Shown here piece after piece: positions 60,272-64,000 of a stretch of 64,000 nucleotides of DNA. This DNA is from Planctomycetota bacterium (lineage in GTDB: Bacteria; Planctomycetota; GCA-002687715; CAIWVZ01). The stretch covers positions 768,001 through 832,000 of the forward strand of contig JBGANV010000003.1 of the NCBI GenBank assembly GCA_044222185.1. The letters run 5' to 3'. A program made the translations under genes and the position numbers. Numbering within the stretch: position 1 is the stretch's first letter; each line of letters starts with the position of its first letter. The notes under the pieces are model-generated. The model saw only the letters and a list, made by a program, of their open reading frames with translations, was not told the origin of the DNA and made no database searches.

Positions 60272-62023
60272 TCACTGGACGATGAACCGGAACTCGTCGT
60301 GGTCGACCTCGAGCCCCGACACCGGATCGTTGAACTGGCCCCGCATGCGGAAATTGAACCCGTTCAACGACGGCGGGAACACCGGGGTCCCGAGAGTCAC
60401 TCCCGGCACGATGACCAGCGCACCTGAGGGCATCGAGAGCGGGAACGGCGCGAGGATGAACGTGTTCACGCCCGTCGGATCGACGATGTACAGCGACGCA
60501 ACGACGGTCTGCGTCGTTCCCGTCGCGTTGTAGATCGCAGCATCGAACGTGAGCACTCCGCCGGCGGAGATGGCGCTTGTGCCGAGCGTCGGAGGACCGC
60601 CGTACGGGATCATGAGGAAGGTCATCGACGTCGTCGCCAGCGTCACGTTCCGCGTCGTGGCCGCCGTGATGGGCACCCCGGTCGCGGCCGACGTTGCCGA
60701 GAGGCTCGCATTGATCGGCCGGTACAGCAGGTTCCACGTGCCCGGCGGGACGACGACCGAGTAATGGCCTGCGGCGTCGGTCACGTCACGTGGCGTCGGC
60801 ACTTCGGCGTTGGTCACGGGATCGATCACGTCGATGTTCACACCGGCCTCCGGCCCTCCGAGGGCGCCGATGACCGTGCCCTGGAGCGTCACGCCGGGCG
60901 GGAGGAACAGGTTCCCGAGGTTGACGTTGGCGTTGGTGACCGCGATGGGCTGGAGTCCGACGGACGCGAGCGCGGCTCCGGCCGGAGCGTTGGCGATGAG
61001 CTGGTAGTTACCGGCGGGCACGGCGAGAGCGAAAGCCCCCGTCGCATCCGTCACGTCGTTGGGCGTGTAGAGACGCGTCGTTCCGAGGATGGCGTTCACG
61101 TCCAGGTCCACGTTCGCCACGGGGCCAGTGGTCGCGGTGACGGTTCCGGTGATGAGGAACCCCGGCGTCAGGCCCACGATGCCCATGTTCAGCGCCCCCG
61201 TGACGTTCACGTTCTCGACGCGCTTGGGGAGAATGGCCGCGCCCGGCGGAGGGTCGAACGTGACGCGGAGACTCCCCGGAGGAACGACCAGCGAGAACGC
61301 TCCGAGAGCATCCGTCTTGTCGTTGGGCGTGATCAGTCTCTGCCCGTTGGACATGAGGTCCACGTCGATGTCCACGTTCGCGAGCGCCGCCTGCGTGGTG
61401 GCGTTGCGGACGGTCGCCGACAGCAGGAACCCCGGCGGCAGCAGGATGAAACCCACATTCGTCGCCGCGTTCACCACGACGTTCGAAACCTGTTGGGACA
61501 CGAAGAGCCCGCCCGTGGGAGCATCGGCCGTCACGTTGTAGACGCCGGCCGGAACGACCACGGAGAATACGCCGCTCGCGTTCGTGTTGTCGTTGGGCGT
61601 GTAGAGCTTCACGCCCGTCGCGGCGTTGATCACGTCCGTATCGCCGTTGACGATCAGCGCACCCGTCGTCGTCGTGACCGTGCCCGTCAACACGAGCCCA
61701 GGTTGCAGCGTCACGAATCCGAGGTTCAGCGTTCCCGCCACGTTCATGTTGGCGAACTCGGCGGGGGCCACGGTCGTGCCCGTGGGCGCGAAATCGATGG
61801 TGTAGACACCGGCCACGACCGTCAGCGTGAAGGTCCCCGTGGCGGTTGTCGCGATCGTCGCGGCAACGGCGCCCGTGGCAACGGAGACGGCGTTCACGGT
61901 GACGCTGGCGATCGGCTGGCCCGAAGTGTTGCGGACCGTGCCGGTGATCGTGTCGGCGAACGCGGATCCGGCGATCAAAGTGACCGCGACGGCAAGCATC
62001 GAAAGAGGTCTACGTGAATTCAT
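60272..62023 (-). CDS. Secreted protein with five tandem carboxypeptidase-regulatory-like (~88 aa) repeats and a C-terminal domain
   Basis: Signal ending AFA; repeats of the form GxxxxGTV...D(I/L)DV...TPNDxTDAxGxFxxxVPxG. Confidence 0.88.
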   Translation of the reverse strand: MNSRRPLSMLAVAVTLIAGSAFADTITGTVRNTSGQPIASVTVNAVSVATGAVAATIATTATGTFTLTVVAGVYTIDFAPTGTTVAPAEFANMNVAGTLNLGFVTLQPGLVLTGTVTTTTGALIVNGDTDVINAATGVKLYTPNDNTNASGVFSVVVPAGVYNVTADAPTGGLFVSQQVSNVVVNAATNVGFILLPPGFLLSATVRNATTQAALANVDIDVDLMSNGQRLITPNDKTDALGAFSLVVPPGSLRVTFDPPPGAAILPKRVENVNVTGALNMGIVGLTPGFLITGTVTATTGPVANVDLDVNAILGTTRLYTPNDVTDATGAFALAVPAGNYQLIANAPAGAALASVGLQPIAVTNANVNLGNLFLPPGVTLQGTVIGALGGPEAGVNIDVIDPVTNAEVPTPRDVTDAAGHYSVVVPPGTWNLLYRPINASLSATSAATGVPITAATTRNVTLATTSMTFLMIPYGGPPTLGTSAISAGGVLTFDAAIYNATGTTQTVVASLYIVDPTGVNTFILAPFPLSMPSGALVIVPGVTLGTPVFPPSLNGFNFRMRGQFNDPVSGLEVDHDEFRFIVQ

Positions 62024-62462
62024 CGAGGGTTCTCTCTCCAAGCACCGGGCGACCGGTTCGTTCAGCGACGGGTCGGGCAGACCCGAGGCCGTGTTTCGCA
62101 GCCGCGCGGAATCCCCGCGAATGCAAACGCCGGTCCAACTGGCAGATGCTCCGGTCCGACCGGTTCACCTCTCGGCGGAACCCCGGTGACGGCAATGGCA
62201 CCGAGGCACGCACATGCGACCCCATCGGGAGGCAGCATCCGCGGGTTACGTCACTACATAGACACGGCTCAGCTTGAAACTGCGTTTTCAGCGCAATCAT
62301 CGGTGAGAGGGAGATTGGCGCCAGGAGAATCTCCCCAAAAACCGAGTTTTTCGCCGGTCGCAAAGGCCCGCCAAAGCGTGAACGCCGGAGGCATTAACAG
62401 TTAAGCGGCAGAAACGTGTCGCCGGCCGGAGCCGTCCCGACCGCGCATCCCTTCGTGGGCGA

Positions 62463-63932
62463 TCAGTGGACGAAGCACCAGACGCCGAGCACGGCGGCGG
62501 CGGCGAGGGCGATCCAGAGGACGCCGAACAGGAGCCGGGACGGCGCGCCGGTCGTGACGTCGGTGGTTTCCTCCGGGAGCTTCGCGCGCTCCGGTGCCTC
62601 GCCAAGAAGTGACCGCAGTCGGGTGGCGAATTGCTCCGCTGACGGCAGGCGCGTTGCAAGCGACGGATCGAGGCACTCGGCCAGCAGTGCGCACAGGCCA
62701 TTGGGCACATGAGGGAGAGACCGCGCGAGCAGCGACATCCGATCGGGCACGGCTGCGAAGTCCGGAGGCTCGGAAAGCGTCAACGCGGCGTACGTGAGCA
62801 CGCCCAGTCCGTAGACGTCGGCCCGCCAATCGGCCGGATCGGCAGCTCGTCGAACCTCCGGTGCCACGAAGAACCCCTCGGTCCCGAGCCGGCTCCACAC
62901 CATGCGGGCCTCGCCCACCATGCCGAGACCGCGGAGGCGCACGGAGCCCCGCCGGTCGACGACGACGCTGCTCGGCCGTGTGTCCAGGAGCAGAAGCCCA
63001 TGCGTGTGGGCGACGTCGAACGCCTCCGCGAGCCCGAGGCAGATCCGCAACACACCCCGCACGTGTGATCGATCGGCGAGGAGTCGGGACGCCGCGGCAT
63101 CATCCGGGATCGACAGTGGCAGCTCGACGTCGGCGTCGAGCCACGCGTGACCTGATTCGGAGGGCGGCTCCAACACCTCGGCGAGGGTCCGATTGCCACC
63201 GCCGCGGCGGAGGCGGCGAATGATCCGTTCCAGGTTGACCTCGGACCGGAAGTCGTAGGCGGCATAGCGGAGGTCGCCGGCCTCACCGACCTCGATCAGC
63301 GGCACGATGCGATCGTGCTTGATCCGGCGCACCTCCTCGGCGGCGGCGAGAAGTCGCGTGGCACGCCCGGGTGAAACCCGAGCCCGAATGAGCAGCAACT
63401 GCGCCGGCAGGCTCGACTGCGTGTCGACGCCGACGACCCACTCACCGAGCGGGTGCCGCGCGTCGACTGCGACGAGGCGGAAGTGCGAAAGCTTGAGCTC
63501 CTGGATCGGAGGCGAACTGCTCGAGATGTCGCCGGGTGTGAGAACGTCGGACAAGAACGAATGGAACCGCGCCACGTCCCGGATCTGCGCGTCGAGGTCG
63601 GGGAACTCGGCGATCGCCCCCTGCACGTCCGGCGGCTCGCCGCGGTTGGCAGCGTCCTGGAACCGCCGCTCGACCTCAGCGATCCGGCCGTCGCGCGCGG
63701 GCTTCGCCGGGTCCGCGGGCGGCGCGGCCTGGTCGCCGCCATCCACTTCGAGCAGTCCCTCGTCGAACAACGACTGGCGGAGTTCGATCAGTGACCTCAC
63801 CTTCTCGGCGCGGTCGGGGAACCGTCGAGCGTAGCCATCGACGTCCACGCGTTCGCCTTTGGCGATGCGCTTGTCGATCTCCGAGGAGAACTCGCGTTCC
63901 CACTCGGCACCACTGCCCGACTCCAACCCCAT
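62463..63932 (-). CDS. Membrane-anchored Ser/Thr pseudokinase with duplicated N-terminal helical repeat
   Basis: Kinase scaffold retained (IKHDRIVPLIEVGE, APE, ADVYGLG, CLDPSLATR) but catalytic motifs replaced; C-terminal TM. Confidence 0.8.
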   Translation of the reverse strand: MGLESGSGAEWEREFSSEIDKRIAKGERVDVDGYARRFPDRAEKVRSLIELRQSLFDEGLLEVDGGDQAAPPADPAKPARDGRIAEVERRFQDAANRGEPPDVQGAIAEFPDLDAQIRDVARFHSFLSDVLTPGDISSSSPPIQELKLSHFRLVAVDARHPLGEWVVGVDTQSSLPAQLLLIRARVSPGRATRLLAAAEEVRRIKHDRIVPLIEVGEAGDLRYAAYDFRSEVNLERIIRRLRRGGGNRTLAEVLEPPSESGHAWLDADVELPLSIPDDAAASRLLADRSHVRGVLRICLGLAEAFDVAHTHGLLLLDTRPSSVVVDRRGSVRLRGLGMVGEARMVWSRLGTEGFFVAPEVRRAADPADWRADVYGLGVLTYAALTLSEPPDFAAVPDRMSLLARSLPHVPNGLCALLAECLDPSLATRLPSAEQFATRLRSLLGEAPERAKLPEETTDVTTGAPSRLLFGVLWIALAAAAVLGVWCFVH

Positions 63933-63943
63933 GAAACGGTCTC

Positions 63944-64000
63944 TCAGGACGAGAAGTAGGCCATCTCGCGCAGAACCTCGTGGAGCTTCTGCTGCGCGCG
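63944..64000 (-). CDS. 3' end of a probable ECF sigma factor (partial)
   Basis: RAQQKLHEVLREMAYFSS* fits the last helix of sigma region 4; stop lies 11 nt before the kinase-like gene. Only 18 codons are visible. Confidence 0.45.
   Translation of the reverse strand, partial: RAQQKLHEVLREMAYFSS

Overview
A very GC-rich bacterial chromosomal window with about 50 CDS. The gene content (FG-GAP, lamin-tail and Ig-repeat secreted proteins, ECF/Ser-Thr kinase pairs, kinase-FGE fusion) suggests a Planctomycetota lineage; this is inference. I found no rRNA, tRNA, CRISPR array, integrase or transposase. Main blocks in order: a 7-blade FG-GAP protein missed by the ORF track (1-1.7 kb); a Cys-rich leader ORF, TolC, adaptor, MacB-like ABC and Cys-motif lipoprotein operon near a multicopper oxidase (3.7-13.8 kb), with a frameshifted pseudogene between them; fbaB and an adenosine deaminase; a CPBP protein, secreted metzincin and LytS/LytTR; a single gene bracketed by two ~190-bp elements with conserved inverted ends and variable cores (22.7-23.7 kb); a divergent membrane pyrophosphatase; peptidases; an STK-FGE fusion; a highly divergent ECF-like sigma with a zinc-finger/TPR partner; moaDE; DPP-IV; FHA-GAF-PP2C plus an MBL hydrolase; an Mrp lacking its CxxC; a 4-gene ABC cassette; a translationally coupled 7-gene operon of 3 glycosyltransferases, ABC exporter, 2 APH-like kinases and an AlgE-like porin (50.6-60.2 kb); an Ig-repeat protein; and a pseudokinase downstream of a probable ECF sigma. 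The best candidates for undescribed systems are the glycan-phosphorylation/export operon, a shared C-terminal domain on unrelated secreted proteins, the repeat-bracketed gene cassette, and the leader-controlled Cys-rich exporter. All calls come from motif reading by eye; no database searches were run.
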